A stretch of 64,000 bases of DNA from Alphaproteobacteria bacterium (GCA_964291215.2 OZ219791.1:3232001-3296000); one strand, 5' to 3'; shown: positions 41,239-52,160, counted from the stretch's first letter. The notes: generated by a model not told the origin, from the sequence alone. Numbers and translations are program-made.

Positions 41239-41613
41239 CGGGTTCCTTTTCCGTGAGCGCCGTCCGTTGCTTCGGGACTCGAGCCTTCGCGAAGCCATGC
41301 GGCCCGCAGCCGGTCGAAAAGGCCTCGTTGTCGGGACCAGCGACGATCCGCGCTCGACCGCCGGGGATCCTGCACAGGCCGGAAACACCCCACTCGTGCA
41401 TATATACACGGGAAGCGGTTCAATGCGAAGGATTCGGTGACGGGTGTCGCGCCGGCCCCTTGACAACACAGACGGCGATGTCGTTCGCCATGCCGTGCAT
41501 TGTGCGCAATGTCAGCGAACCGCTCTGCCTGTTCTTCCAATCTTGCGTTCAGGCGGTCGGAGCGGTAGGTTGGCATCAAGGCGGTACCAAAGGCCGATGG
41601 GTGGAGGGCTCAC

Positions 41614-42201
41614 ATGGAAATGACCGGAGAATACCGGATTGCCGCGCCGCGCGAGAAGGTCTGGCAGGCGCTCAACGATCCCGAAATACTCGCCGAGTGC
41701 ATTCCCGGATGCCAGAAACTCACCAAGGACTCGGACACCGAGATGTCGGCCGTGGTCAAGTCCAGGGTCGGCCCGGTCTCGGCGACGTTCACCGGCAAGG
41801 TGACGCTGAGTGATATCGTTCCGCCGAGCAGCTACCGGATCTCGGGCGACGGACAGGGCGGAGTCGCGGGATTCGCGAAGGGCGGCGCGGAAGTCACTCT
41901 GACCGAGGATGGATCGGAGACCGTGCTCACCTACACGGCGACCGCGCAGGTCGGCGGCAAGCTCGCACAGATCGGATCCCGTCTGATCGATTCGACGGCC
42001 AAGAAACTTGCCGGCGAATTCTTCGGCAAGTTCGCCGAGGAGGTGGCCGAACGAGAGGCGGAGCCGCCGTCCACCGAGGCGCCGCCCGAAACACCTGAGG
42101 AAACAGAGGCGCCGCAAGAGACGGCTGGCCTCAGCCCGAAGATATGGGTGGGCGGGCTGATCGCCGTTGTCGCGGTCGTGCTTCTGCTGCTCACCCTTTA
42201 G
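41614..42201 (+). CDS. coxG: CoxG/SRPBCC family protein with C-terminal membrane anchor
   Basis: VWQALNDPEIL..CIPG, VGGKLAQIGSRLI; hydrophobic C-terminus. Confidence 0.88.
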   Translation: MEMTGEYRIAAPREKVWQALNDPEILAECIPGCQKLTKDSDTEMSAVVKSRVGPVSATFTGKVTLSDIVPPSSYRISGDGQGGVAGFAKGGAEVTLTEDGSETVLTYTATAQVGGKLAQIGSRLIDSTAKKLAGEFFGKFAEEVAEREAEPPSTEAPPETPEETEAPQETAGLSPKIWVGGLIAVVAVVLLLLTL

Positions 42202-42389
42202 CTGCGGGGTGCGCCCCGCAGCGGCGGTCTCGCGGCGGCTTGCGCCTGCGCACGGATGTGTGGCACGATACCCGCAGGTGTCGGCGCACGACTGAAGCCT
42301 CGCGGAAGAACCCTGATTTCCGGCGTTGCGGCCCGAACAGCCGTGCGCCTGTCGTGCCGATGCGCTGCCGTTCGGTTGCGGAAACCATC

Positions 42390-43241
42390 ATGACCCTGCC
42401 TTTCACCAAGATGCACGGGCTTGGCAACGATTTCGTGGTGGTCGATGCGCGGCCCGGCCGGCCGGGCGCGGGCGTCGACATCACTGAAGCGCGCGCCGCC
42501 GCCATTGCCGACCGCCACACGGGGGTGGGTTGCGATCAACTCATTCGGCTGGAGGCGGACATGGAGGACGCAGCGCCACGCGCCGACGCCTTCATGCGGA
42601 TCCACAATGCGGATGGCGGAATTGTCGAGGCCTGCGGCAACGCCACACGCTGCGTGGGCGCTGTCCTGCTGGAGGAGACCGGGCAGCCCGATGTCCGCAT
42701 CCGCACAGCATCCGGGCTTCTGACGGTGCGTGGTGCCGCCGCCGGGCTGGTTACGGTCAACATGGGTGCGCCGGGTTTTCACTGGCGGCAGATTCCTCTG
42801 GCCGCGGAGAAGGAGACCCTGCATCTTCCGCTGGAACTCGGAGTCCTTCGGGATCCTGCTGCTGCCAGTATGGGCAATCCTCATGTGACTTTCTTCGTTG
42901 CGGAGCCCGACGCGGTGCCGCTGGCCGAACTGGGGTCGGTCCTCGAGCATCACGAGATGTTCCCCGAGCGCGTGAACGTAGGTGTGGCCGCGGTCGCCCC
43001 GGACAACCGCATGCGCCTCCGGGTATGGGAGCGCGGGGCGGGCATGACCCTGGCTTGCGGCACGGCGGCGTGCGCGGCAGCCGCCAATGCGCATCGCCGG
43101 GGCCTTTGCGGACGCACCGTGGCCGTCGAGATGGACGGCGGCGAACTCGAAATTGCGTGGCGGGAAGACGGCGATATCGAAATGACCGGCCCGGCGGCGG
43201 TGAGTTTCACCGGCGTCTACGATACGGGAGCCTGGTCATGA
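42390..43241 (+). CDS. dapF: Diaminopimelate epimerase
   Basis: FTKMHGLGNDF, ACGNATRC, MGNPH, ERGAG.TLACGT. Confidence 0.98.
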   Translation: MTLPFTKMHGLGNDFVVVDARPGRPGAGVDITEARAAAIADRHTGVGCDQLIRLEADMEDAAPRADAFMRIHNADGGIVEACGNATRCVGAVLLEETGQPDVRIRTASGLLTVRGAAAGLVTVNMGAPGFHWRQIPLAAEKETLHLPLELGVLRDPAAASMGNPHVTFFVAEPDAVPLAELGSVLEHHEMFPERVNVGVAAVAPDNRMRLRVWERGAGMTLACGTAACAAAANAHRRGLCGRTVAVEMDGGELEIAWREDGDIEMTGPAAVSFTGVYDTGAWS

Positions 43242-44488
43242 CCGGTACCCGGATCCTGACTTTCGGTTGCCGCCTGAACGCCTTCGAGTCCGAGGTGATG
43301 CGGGAGCATGCGGCGGCTGCCGGCCTCTCCGAAACGGTCATCGTCAACAGCTGCGCGGTCACCGCCGAAGCGGAGCGCCAGGTGCGCCAGGCCATCCGCC
43401 GCGCTCGCCGCGAACAGCCCGGTGCGCGGATCGTGGTCACGGGTTGCGCGGCCCAGCTCGATCCCGAAAGGTATGCGGCGATGGAGGAGGTCGATCGGGT
43501 CGTCGGCAATGTCGAGAAGCTGCGCCGCGAGACCTGGGCCGATGGCGAAGATCGGCCGCCCGTCTGGGTGGACGACATCATGGCCGTGCGCGAAACCGCA
43601 TCGCATCTCGTTTCCGGATTCGAGGGCCGCGCGCGCGCCTTCGTCGAGGTCCAGCAGGGGTGCGATCATCGCTGCACCTACTGTGTCATTCCGTTCGCGC
43701 GCGGCAACAACCGGTCGGTCCCGATCGGCATCATCGTCAGCCGCGTCCGCCAGCTGCTGGACAAGGGATTCTGCGAGATAGTGCTGACCGGGGTCGACAT
43801 TACCGGTTATGGTGCGGATCTGCCCGGGCAGCCGACCCTCGGCGCCATGGTCCGCAGGTTGCTCGCGCTCGTCCCGGATCTGCAGAGGCTGCGGTTGAGT
43901 TCTCTCGATCCTGCGGAGATCGATGACGATCTCTGTTCGCTGATTTCGGATGAGCCGCGTCTGATGCCGCATTTTCATCTGAGCGTGCAGTCGGGCGATG
44001 ACCTCGTGCTCAAGCGCATGAAGCGGCGCCACAGCCGCGCCGAGGTGGAAGACCTGGTGGCGAGAATTCGCACGTTGCGTCCGGACGCGGCGTTCGGCGC
44101 CGATATGATCGCCGGATTTCCCACCGAGGACGACAGTGCTTTCGCGAATTCGCTTGCCCTTGTCGAGGATTGCAATCTCGTCTGGCTTCACGTTTTTCCC
44201 TATTCCGCCCGCCCGGGAACTCCGGCGGCATCCATGCCGCAGACGCCGGTGCCGGTGCGGCGGGCGAGGGCAGCGGAGTTGCGCGCCGCCGGCAGGTTGC
44301 AGGCCGGGCGTTTTCTGGATGCGTGTGTCGGGAAGATCGTCGACGTGCTTGTCGAGCAGGACGGGGAAGGACGTTCGCCGAATTTTGCGGTTGTGCGTCT
44401 CGATGAAGAGGTGTCTCCGGGCACGCTGGTGTCCGCGCGGGTTGTTGCCCGGCAAGACGACAAGTTGCTGGCGCGCAAGGCGGCATGA
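43238..44488 (+). CDS. mtaB: tRNA t6A37 methylthiotransferase
   Basis: TFGCRLN, NSCAVT, CDHRCTYC radical SAM motif; dapF-mtaB-ftsY order. Confidence 0.95.
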   Translation: MTGTRILTFGCRLNAFESEVMREHAAAAGLSETVIVNSCAVTAEAERQVRQAIRRARREQPGARIVVTGCAAQLDPERYAAMEEVDRVVGNVEKLRRETWADGEDRPPVWVDDIMAVRETASHLVSGFEGRARAFVEVQQGCDHRCTYCVIPFARGNNRSVPIGIIVSRVRQLLDKGFCEIVLTGVDITGYGADLPGQPTLGAMVRRLLALVPDLQRLRLSSLDPAEIDDDLCSLISDEPRLMPHFHLSVQSGDDLVLKRMKRRHSRAEVEDLVARIRTLRPDAAFGADMIAGFPTEDDSAFANSLALVEDCNLVWLHVFPYSARPGTPAASMPQTPVPVRRARAAELRAAGRLQAGRFLDACVGKIVDVLVEQDGEGRSPNFAVVRLDEEVSPGTLVSARVVARQDDKLLARKAA

Positions 44489-45426
44489 GCGGGGAGCCCG
44501 AAGAAAGGCGGGGATGGCTCGCGCGTCTCCGTGCCGGGCTTCAGCGCTCCTCGTCGCGCCTGTCCGATGGCATCGGCGCCATCTTTTCGGGGCGCCGGCT
44601 GGACACTGCCACGCTCGAGGAGCTCGAGGAGCTCCTGATCATGTCGGATCTCGGTGTCGATGTCGCGGAGCGCGTATCGCGCATGCTGTCGAGTCGGCGT
44701 CTGGGCAAGGATGTTTCGGCGGACGAGATTCGCGAGGCGCTGGCCTCGGAGATCGCGGAAATACTCGAACCGGTTGCCATGCCACTGACAATCGACCCGT
44801 CGTGCAGGCCGCATGTGATCCTCGTCGTCGGTGTCAACGGGTCGGGGAAAACGACCACGATCGGCAAACTTGCCCGGCAGTTTCGTGCCGAGGGGCGATC
44901 GGTCATGCTGGCGGCCGGCGATACTTTCCGCGCTGCCGCCATAGATCAGCTTCGCATCTGGGGTGAACGGAGCGGCGTCCCTGTGATCGCCCGCGATCCG
45001 GGCTCGGACGCCGCCAGTCTCGCTTTCGAGGCTATAGATGCCGCGCGCGCCCGGGATGCGGAGATTCTCATCATAGATACGGCCGGGCGCCTTCAGAATC
45101 GTGACGATCTGATGCAGCAGTTGCAGAAGGTGATCCGGGTAATCTCCAAGCAGGATGAAACGGCGCCACATGACTGCCTGCTGGTTCTTGATGCGACTAC
45201 CGGGCAGAACGCCCTCTCACAGGTCGAGACCTTTCGTAACCTGTGCGCCGTCAGCGGCCTCGTGATCACCAAGCTTGACGGGTCTGCGCGCGGAGGTGTT
45301 CTGGTCGCACTAGCCGAGCGGTTTGGCCTGCCGGTGCATGCCGTTGGGGTGGGTGAAGGCGAGGACGATCTCAGGCCGTTCGAAGCAGGGGAATTTGCGC
45401 GCAGCCTGGTTGGGATGGATGGCTGA
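44485..45426 (+). CDS. ftsY: Signal recognition particle receptor FtsY
   Basis: GVNGSGKTTT, DTFRAAA, DTAGRL, TKLDG. Confidence 0.98.
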   Translation: MSGEPEERRGWLARLRAGLQRSSSRLSDGIGAIFSGRRLDTATLEELEELLIMSDLGVDVAERVSRMLSSRRLGKDVSADEIREALASEIAEILEPVAMPLTIDPSCRPHVILVVGVNGSGKTTTIGKLARQFRAEGRSVMLAAGDTFRAAAIDQLRIWGERSGVPVIARDPGSDAASLAFEAIDAARARDAEILIIDTAGRLQNRDDLMQQLQKVIRVISKQDETAPHDCLLVLDATTGQNALSQVETFRNLCAVSGLVITKLDGSARGGVLVALAERFGLPVHAVGVGEGEDDLRPFEAGEFARSLVGMDG

Positions 45427-45799
45427 CCGTTGGCTTGGCGTGGACCGGCGCCTCACCAATCCGGACGGGGTTCTCAGGGCGATCCGGTCCCGTCCAACAG
45501 CGCATTGCAGGCCTGACTCCGAGGCCAGGCCTCGGTTGCCACTACCATTACCGTTGGGAGATTGCACCGCGGTAAGCTGTTGCGGCTCGGGTGTTGCACA
45601 AGTTTTCCCCCTCTGCCCCTCTCGATTCCGCCTAGGAACAGCTTCAGTTCCTTCAACATCAAGCTTATGCAACGCCTTTGTCGGCTTCAAGCCACTATTT
45701 CGCCGTCGCGCGGCATGGACCCTGCTGCACGTTGCGGCTTCGGAACGCAGATGGTCAGGGCGGTTTCACTTCAAGGTCGAACGTATCTACTCACCCCTA

Positions 45800-47005
45800 A
45801 TTGGGTTCTGATTGGTCGTAGTGCTCGTTGATGATGTCTGCGGCTTTTCCGTCGAGGGCGATCTGGGTGGCGACGAGTGGGTTGTAGCCGAGTGCGGCCA
45901 TGGAGGTGAGGTAGCTTGAGCCCCGGCACCATGCTTTTGCGTGGAGCGGAAGCATCCGGACACCTTGACCTTTGCCATCCTGATTTTCTGTTCTCCGGCA
46001 TTGTTGGTGAAGCTGACGTTGGGGTCGTCTGTGAAGCGCAGGTTTTCGTGTTTCACGAGACGTTCGTGCAGGTTGTGCGCGTTTGCGTCCACGTTTTCCT
46101 TTCGGCGGGATGTCGGGCAGTTCCCTGGCGCCCTGATGGTGCGGTAGCGCTTGCGCCCGGCGTCGTTCAGGGTCTTGGATGCGCTCTTGTTGACCTTGTG
46201 GCAGGGAGCAGGCTCTTCATCAGTCGCGCGGTAGCCTCGACGACAAAGGTCAGTTCGCGCAGCAGGTGGCTGCCGCACAACTGGTGGCTACACTGCCATG
46301 TACGAGGCCCAGGACGCCCTTGTAGCACGGGCCGATCTCTTGCCCGCGCTTGCGGTGCGGGAACTTGCACGTCAGGGTCCCACGACATGGAGCCACTTAC
46401 TGTTGATCCGAAATCGTCGACATCGGGCGTTGCAGGAGGTGCGCCACGGCGGCCTCCTCCCATGACGCATCGTGAAAGCATGGCCGAGGCCTCGGAGAGC
46501 TTGATGCCGGAGATCGCCTGCACGAGCGCGACGGCGCAGGGACAGCATCTGGGCGACCAGCAGGTTGATGACGAGGGCTTGGATGCCGATGCCGTACTGC
46601 ACGGGATGTTGTCGGGGAACCGGCCCCGGGCCTTGCACTTCGGGCATTCCTTGATCTCGGCGCGGCGCTCGACGACCTCGAACACGATGTCGTGCGGCGC
46701 TCCCGATCGACGGGGGCGTCGATGTCGGCGCCGCAGGCGTCGCAGGCCGCGACCGTCTCCTCGACGATGGTCTTGCGCAGTTTGTCGCCCATCTGCCGGT
46801 TCGGCTTCGGGCCGTTGCTTCCGGCACGCTTTTGTCCGTCTGTGACGACGGCAGACCGGAGTTCCGGCTCGTGCGTAGTCTTCTCCAGAAGGACGACGAT
46901 GATGATGTCGAGCAGGATGACGAGGACGCGGATCACGGCCTCTTCCGCCACCTTGCCGGCAGCGCCGCGGTCTTGGCCGCTTCGAACTCCTCGCGCGCCG
47001 CCCGT
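45800..47005 (-). pseudogene. IS66 transposase pseudogene
   Basis: CDACG, KECPKC, QYGIGIQAL, HQLCGSHLLREL, FTNNAGEQKIRMAKVK..SGCFRS in several frames; ends approximate. Confidence 0.88.
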
Positions 47006-47010
47006 CGCCA

Positions 47011-47139
47011 TCACCCGGCCTTGCGTTTCATCAGCGCGCCGCCTCCGAGATGCGTTTCCACATACAGATCATGCGGGGGCTGGAGCCCCGGAAGCAGCTG
47101 GCACAGCCCGCTCGTCGCCTTCGATCCAAAGTAGCCCAC
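47011..47139 (-). pseudogene. N-terminal fragment of a Dam/D12-class DNA adenine methyltransferase inside IS66
   Basis: GTG start; GYFGSKATSGLCQLLPGLQPPHDLYVETHLGGGALMKRK matches motif X (Y.G.K) and motif I (Y.E...GGG). Confidence 0.75.
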
Positions 47140-48236
47140 TGGCGGTCCCCGTCGTTCTCGATTACCACCACTAAACGAATCGGCCTGCAGTGTCAAATCT
47201 CCACGAAAACCCGTTCGTTGCTCTACCCCGACATCAAGCCGGAACCAGGGGGTGAGCAGTTACGGTCGAACATTACCTCCGTCGGCGATCTCAGGACTTT
47301 CCGAGTGTTGAGCCGATCCTGCACCTTCTGAACATCTTCGTTGCATGTCGCGCGAAAGTCCGTGCCCTTCGGGAAGTACTCCCGCACCAGGCCGTTGGTG
47401 TGCTCATTCAAGCCGCGCTCCCGGGAATGGAAAGGCGAAGAAGAAATCTGCGTCAAGTGCGACACGCCTGTGGTCTGCGAACTCCTTGCCGTTGTCTGAC
47501 GTGATTGTGTGGACCAATAGCGCACCAGAGCCGAGCAGGCGGATCATACCGACCGTGTCTTTCTGTCCACCCAGCAAGGCGTATTTCGTGGCACGATCAA
47601 CCAGCGACATCACAGCTCCACTGTGAGCTTTGCCGATGATGGCTCCCAGTCGCCGACCCGTTCCTTTGCCTCCGCAGGGCGCTCGGAAATGTCCACCCGG
47701 CCGGAATGGCATCCGCCCTTCCAGTTCGGCTTCTTGCCGCGCCGCCGAAGCTTCAAGACGCCCCCGGCTCTCCGATCTTCGGCGATCATGGATCCGTTCA
47801 CGGCCCTCCAGTCGAAAACGGCCGCTGCTCGGGGCCCTCCCGCAGCTTTTTCTGAGCTTCAACCCGAGGCGTCAACCGCCAGGAAACAAACGAGGCTGCC
47901 CTGCGTTTCTGCCATCCTTTGCGCCTGCTTGTGACGGTAACCCCGTCCCCCGGTGTTGCGCTTGATCTCCCGGAAAATTGTTGATCGGCCCAGCTGCCGA
48001 GCAATCGCACCTTGTGAAAGACCGCTTTTCTGCCTCAATCTGACATCGCTCTTCGTAGGTGACGGTAGCCTTTGGACATGAACAAGCTCCCTTCATCTTG
48101 TAGAGGGGCTCTCGCCGCTACCGCTCCGCAACATCATGCGTCTAAAAACACATGGCCACAGCCCATCATGTGTTGCACTTCACTATGGAACGGGGGTTCA
48201 GAAAATGGAGTGGCATCGGAGTTTTTCAGCAGCCTG

Positions 48237-48497
48237 GATTACGCAACCTGATGTCTGGAAATTGTCGTGAAGCTGATCGAACTGTTCCCATTTGATCTTG
48301 GTTTCGGTTTCCCATTTTTCGTCGATGAGGACCGCGGTTGAGAGGCGCTCCAACGAGGCGAGGTTCGGAAAGACCCTGACTTTGGAGGTGCGCCGCTTGA
48401 GCTCTTGCTGGATCGGCCGCTCGATACCGTTCGAGGTTCGCATGCGCTTGCGGTGAGCATTGGGCAAGGTGAAGACAGCGAGCCCCGCATTCTTTTC
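48237..48497 (-). mobile_element. IS256 3'-end fragment (copy 3)
   Basis: Right IR gattacgcaacctgatgtctggaaattgtc at 48237; RTSNGIERPIQQELKRRT; cut at the left IR of copy 2. Confidence 0.88.
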
Positions 48498-49730
48498 GGT
48501 ACTGTAACTTGATGTCTGGAAATTTGTCTGAGGTTTGCGCTTTGAGGTGTTTCACTGGGGGGCTAGCCCCCTAGTGAAACGCGGCGCCATCGTGCTATCC
48601 CATGGAGTTGTAAAACCTTCATGGAGGAAGCGAATGGAGCTGCGACACACTACGACGATTGAGGCCGTTTTGGAACATCTGATCGCAAACGGAGCAACGG
48701 ATCTGGGGCGGGTCTTTGGTCAGCTCTTCGAGCTTGCGATGCAAATCGAGCGCGAGCAGTACTTGAAAGCGGGCCACCGGACACCGGAGCGACAGGGCTA
48801 TGCCAACGGCTATAAGCCCAAACGGATCGACACCCCCCTGTTGCCGTTCAGGTGCCAAACGGTCACGGGGACGACCCCCCCAGTCGCTTGAACGCGGCCA
48901 GCGATCTTCTCGCGCCGTAGCCGAGATGTACATCAAGGGTGTTTCCACACGGCAGGATGTAATGCGCGAGTTCGGGAGCCTGTCCTCTTCTCAGGGGGCC
49001 ACCAGGTTGCTCGATGAAGAACTCGCCGCGCAACCGGCCCCTGATGAAATACCTGATCCTGGATGCGCGCTACGAAAAAGCCCGCCATGACGGCGTTGTG
49101 CGCGATGTCGCAGTACTCTCGGCCATCGGAATAGGGGCCGCAGGCACGTTCTGGGGCTCTTTGTGGCGCTCTCCGAGGCCGAGGTCCATTGGAGAGCCTT
49201 CCTGGAAAGCTTGCTAGCCCTGCATGGTACGACCTTCATCGTCTCGGATGACCATGCTGGGCTGAAAGCGGCACGGTGCTGGGCGCGGCGACATGGCAGC
49301 GCTGCCAGTTCCACCTGGCGCAAAACGCCGTGCACCGAACAACGACATCAGGAAACGTATTGGAAAACAGCTCGGAGCCATGCGTCCTCACTCCAAACCG
49401 CCGAGGCTGAACCGGGCGCCCTCGTGGCCAGCTATCGCGACAAGCATCCAAGCTTCCTGGCTGGAAAAGAATGCGGGGCTCGCTGTCTTCACCTTGCCCG
49501 ATGCTCACCGCAAACGTATGCGAACCTCGAACGGCATCGAGCGGCCGATCCAGCAAGAGCTCAAGCGGCGCACCTCCAAAGTCAGGGTCTTTCCGAACCT
49601 CGCCTCGTTGGAGCGCCTCTCAACCGCGGTCCTCATCGACGAAAAATGGGAAACCGAAACCAAGATCAAATGGGAACAGCTCGATGACTGAGAGCTTCAC
49701 GACAATTTCCAGACATCAGGTTGCGTAATC
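48498..49730 (+). mobile_element. IS256-family element copy 2 (both IRs, frameshifted transposase)
   Basis: Near-identical to 1713-1783 plus 3809-4970; no target duplication in the flanks. Confidence 0.92.
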
Positions 49731-50375
49731 CAAGTTCCCGCACCGCAAGCGCGGCCGGGAGGCAAGAGATCGGCATCATCCCGTGCTACAAGGGCGTCCT
49801 GGGCCTCGTACATGGGCCAGTGTAGCCACCAGCTGTGCGGCAGCCACCTGCTGCGCGAACTGACCTTTGTCGTCGAGGCTACCGCTGGGCGCGACTGATG
49901 AAGAGCCTGCTCCGCGAGATCTGCCACAAGGTCAACAAGAGCGCATCCAAAACCCTGAACGAGGCCGACCTCCGGGCCGTGCGCAAGCGCTACCGCACCA
50001 TCCTCACGCAGGGCGCCAGGGAACTGCCCGACATCCCGCCGAAAGGAAAACGTGGACGCAAGTCCGACGCGCACAACCTGCACGAACGTCTCGTGAAACA
50101 CGAGAAGTCCGTCCTGCGCTTCATAGACGACCCCAACGTCAGCTTCACCAACAATGCCGGAGAACAGAAGATCAGGATGGCAAAGGTCAAGCTCAAGGTG
50201 TCCGGGTGCTTCCGCTCCACGCAAAAGCATGGTGCCGGAGCTCAAGCTACCTCACCTCCATGGCGGCACTCGGCTACAACCCACTCGTCGCCACCCAGAT
50301 CGCCCTCGACGGAAAAGCCGCAGACATCATCAACGAGCACTATGAATCAGAACCCAACAAGGGGTGAGTAGATAC
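49731..50375 (+). mobile_element. IS66 3' half with right IR
   Basis: HQLCGSHLLREL, FTNNAGEQKIRMAKVKLKVSGCFRS; ends ggggtgagtagatac. Confidence 0.88.
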
Positions 50376-50686
50376 TTTCACCGAATAGTCGCACCCGAAC
50401 CCATCCAGCGCTCGCCGGTCGATCCCGATCGAGCGCCGGCGCCTTGCGCTTCATCAGCGCGCCGCCTCCCGGATGCGTTTCCACATACAGATCATGCGGA
50501 GGCTGGAGCTCCGGAAGCAACTGGCACAGCCCGCTCGTCGCCCTGAATTCAAAGTAGCCCGCTGGCGGTCCCCGTCGTTCTCGATGACCACCACTAAACG
50601 AATCGGTCTTCCGTGTCAAATCTCCACGAAAACCCGTTTGTTACTCTACCCCGACATCAAGCCGGAACCAGGGGGTGAGCAGTTAC
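50376..50686 (-). mobile_element. IS66 left end with the longest methyltransferase fragment (50376-50562)
   Basis: Left IR ends at 50686; GYFEFRATSGLCQLLPELQPPHDLYVETHPGGGALMKRKAPAL, then frameshifted IGIDR and ALDGFGCDYSV. Confidence 0.82.
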
Positions 50687-50846
50687 GCTTTTTCAAGGCT
50701 GAACCTTGGCCCCGGAGTGTCGGAGTTATTTTTGCTCTGCTTACTGCGGAGCGATCATAGACACTGCACCAATCGGGATGAGGCGACCGAATCCACTGGC
50801 ACTGCCACGAGCCCGTACATTTCTTGTCGGCGGCAGAAAAGAATGG

Positions 50847-52160
50847 CTATCGCTCGGGAATGAGGCCCCGCGGCGAGAACCTGAGCACCAGCAGCAGGAT
50901 GACGCCCATGGTCAGAAGGCGCATGTAGGCCGCCGAGTTCAGGAGGTGGGCGCGAAGGCCGCTGTCCTCCGGCATTCCGGCGGTCACCGTGTGCATGAGC
51001 CACAGCCCGAGGGGCTCCACTTCCACCCACAGGAACCAGATCAGCATGCCGCCGAGCACGGCGCCGAAATTGTTTCCCGAACCGCCGATGATGACCATGA
51101 CCCACACCAGGAAGGTGAAGCGTAGCGGCTGGTAGGATCCCGGGGTCAACTGCCCGTCGAGCGTCGTCATCATCGCTCCGGCAATTCCGCATACCGCCGA
51201 ACCGAGGACAAAGGTCTGGAGATGTCGGGCGGTTACATCCTTGCCCATAGCCTCCGCGGCGGCCTCGTTGTCGCGAATTGCGCGCATCATGCGACCCCAG
51301 GGGGAATAGAGCGCTCTCTGCGAGAGCCAGAGGACGACGGCAAGGACGATGGCGAACAGGATGGCGTAAGACAGCTTGACGTAGGCCGACGAGAGATCGA
51401 TGGGGTCGAGCCCGAGGCGGGTTGCCCAAGCGACGAAGTCCGGTGATCGCTGAAGCTCGACCTCGTAGGCGACCGGGCGCGGAAGGCCGACAACATTCTT
51501 CACGCCGCGTGACAGCCAGTCCTCGTTTTTCAGCACGAAAATGATGATCTCCGCTATGCCGAAGGTAGCGATTGCGAGATAATCGGTTCGGAGTCCGAGC
51601 GCGGTCTTGCCGACAAGCCAGGCCGCGCCCGCTGCGAGAAGTCCGCCGACCGGCCATGCGAGGAGAATTGGCAGCCCGAGGCCTCCCAGATAACCCGTCG
51701 CGGCGGGATTGACCGCTTCGATCGCGGCCACCGCGGGGTCGAAGACAAAACGGTAGGCGAAGAAGCCTGCAAGCAGCGTTGCCGCAAGCGCCAGCCAGCG
51801 CTTTCGCCTGGGCGCCATACGTTTCCACAGAAGGATCGCGGCGCCGATTGATCCGGCGCCGACGGCGAGCGCGACGAGAACGCGCGCGCCACCGGCCGCC
51901 CAGGCGGCGGATACCGGTGGCATCGAGACCAGCACCGCCGCCAGCCCGCCGAGGGCAACAAAACCCATCGTCCCGAAATTGAACAACCCGGCATAGCCCC
52001 ACTGGACGTTCAGGCCCAGGCTCATGATGGCCGAGATCAGGCAGAGGTTGAGGATTGTCAGCGCCACCGTCCAGCTCTGGATCAAACCGACGCCAACCAT
52101 CAGGAGAGAGAATACCGCATAGAGGACGAGAATCCGTGTGCGTGAATTTGTCGCGCTCAT
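50847..52160 (-). CDS. livM: Branched-chain amino acid-type ABC permease
   Basis: GLNVQWGYAGLFNFG, LRTDYLAIAT, MRAIRDNE, GGSGN. Confidence 0.92.
   Translation of the reverse strand: MSATNSRTRILVLYAVFSLLMVGVGLIQSWTVALTILNLCLISAIMSLGLNVQWGYAGLFNFGTMGFVALGGLAAVLVSMPPVSAAWAAGGARVLVALAVGAGSIGAAILLWKRMAPRRKRWLALAATLLAGFFAYRFVFDPAVAAIEAVNPAATGYLGGLGLPILLAWPVGGLLAAGAAWLVGKTALGLRTDYLAIATFGIAEIIIFVLKNEDWLSRGVKNVVGLPRPVAYEVELQRSPDFVAWATRLGLDPIDLSSAYVKLSYAILFAIVLAVVLWLSQRALYSPWGRMMRAIRDNEAAAEAMGKDVTARHLQTFVLGSAVCGIAGAMMTTLDGQLTPGSYQPLRFTFLVWVMVIIGGSGNNFGAVLGGMLIWFLWVEVEPLGLWLMHTVTAGMPEDSGLRAHLLNSAAYMRLLTMGVILLLVLRFSPRGLIPER

Larger units (their letters stand above)
45783..47263 (-). mobile_element. IS66-family (single-ORF, ISBst12-like) element with a Dam-like methyltransferase passenger, degenerate
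   Basis: IRs gtaactgctcacccc / gtatctactcacccc; perfect 8-bp target duplication ggtcgaac at 45775-45782 and 47264-47271. Confidence 0.9.
45589..48196 (-). mobile_element. IS30-family element copy 2 (degenerate, right IR missing), interrupted by IS66 at 45783-47263
   Basis: Reverse complement of 912-1712 plus 4971-5304; left IR ends at 48196; transposase remnants include TITSDNGKEFA and ERGLNEHTNGLVREYFPKG. Confidence 0.88.
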
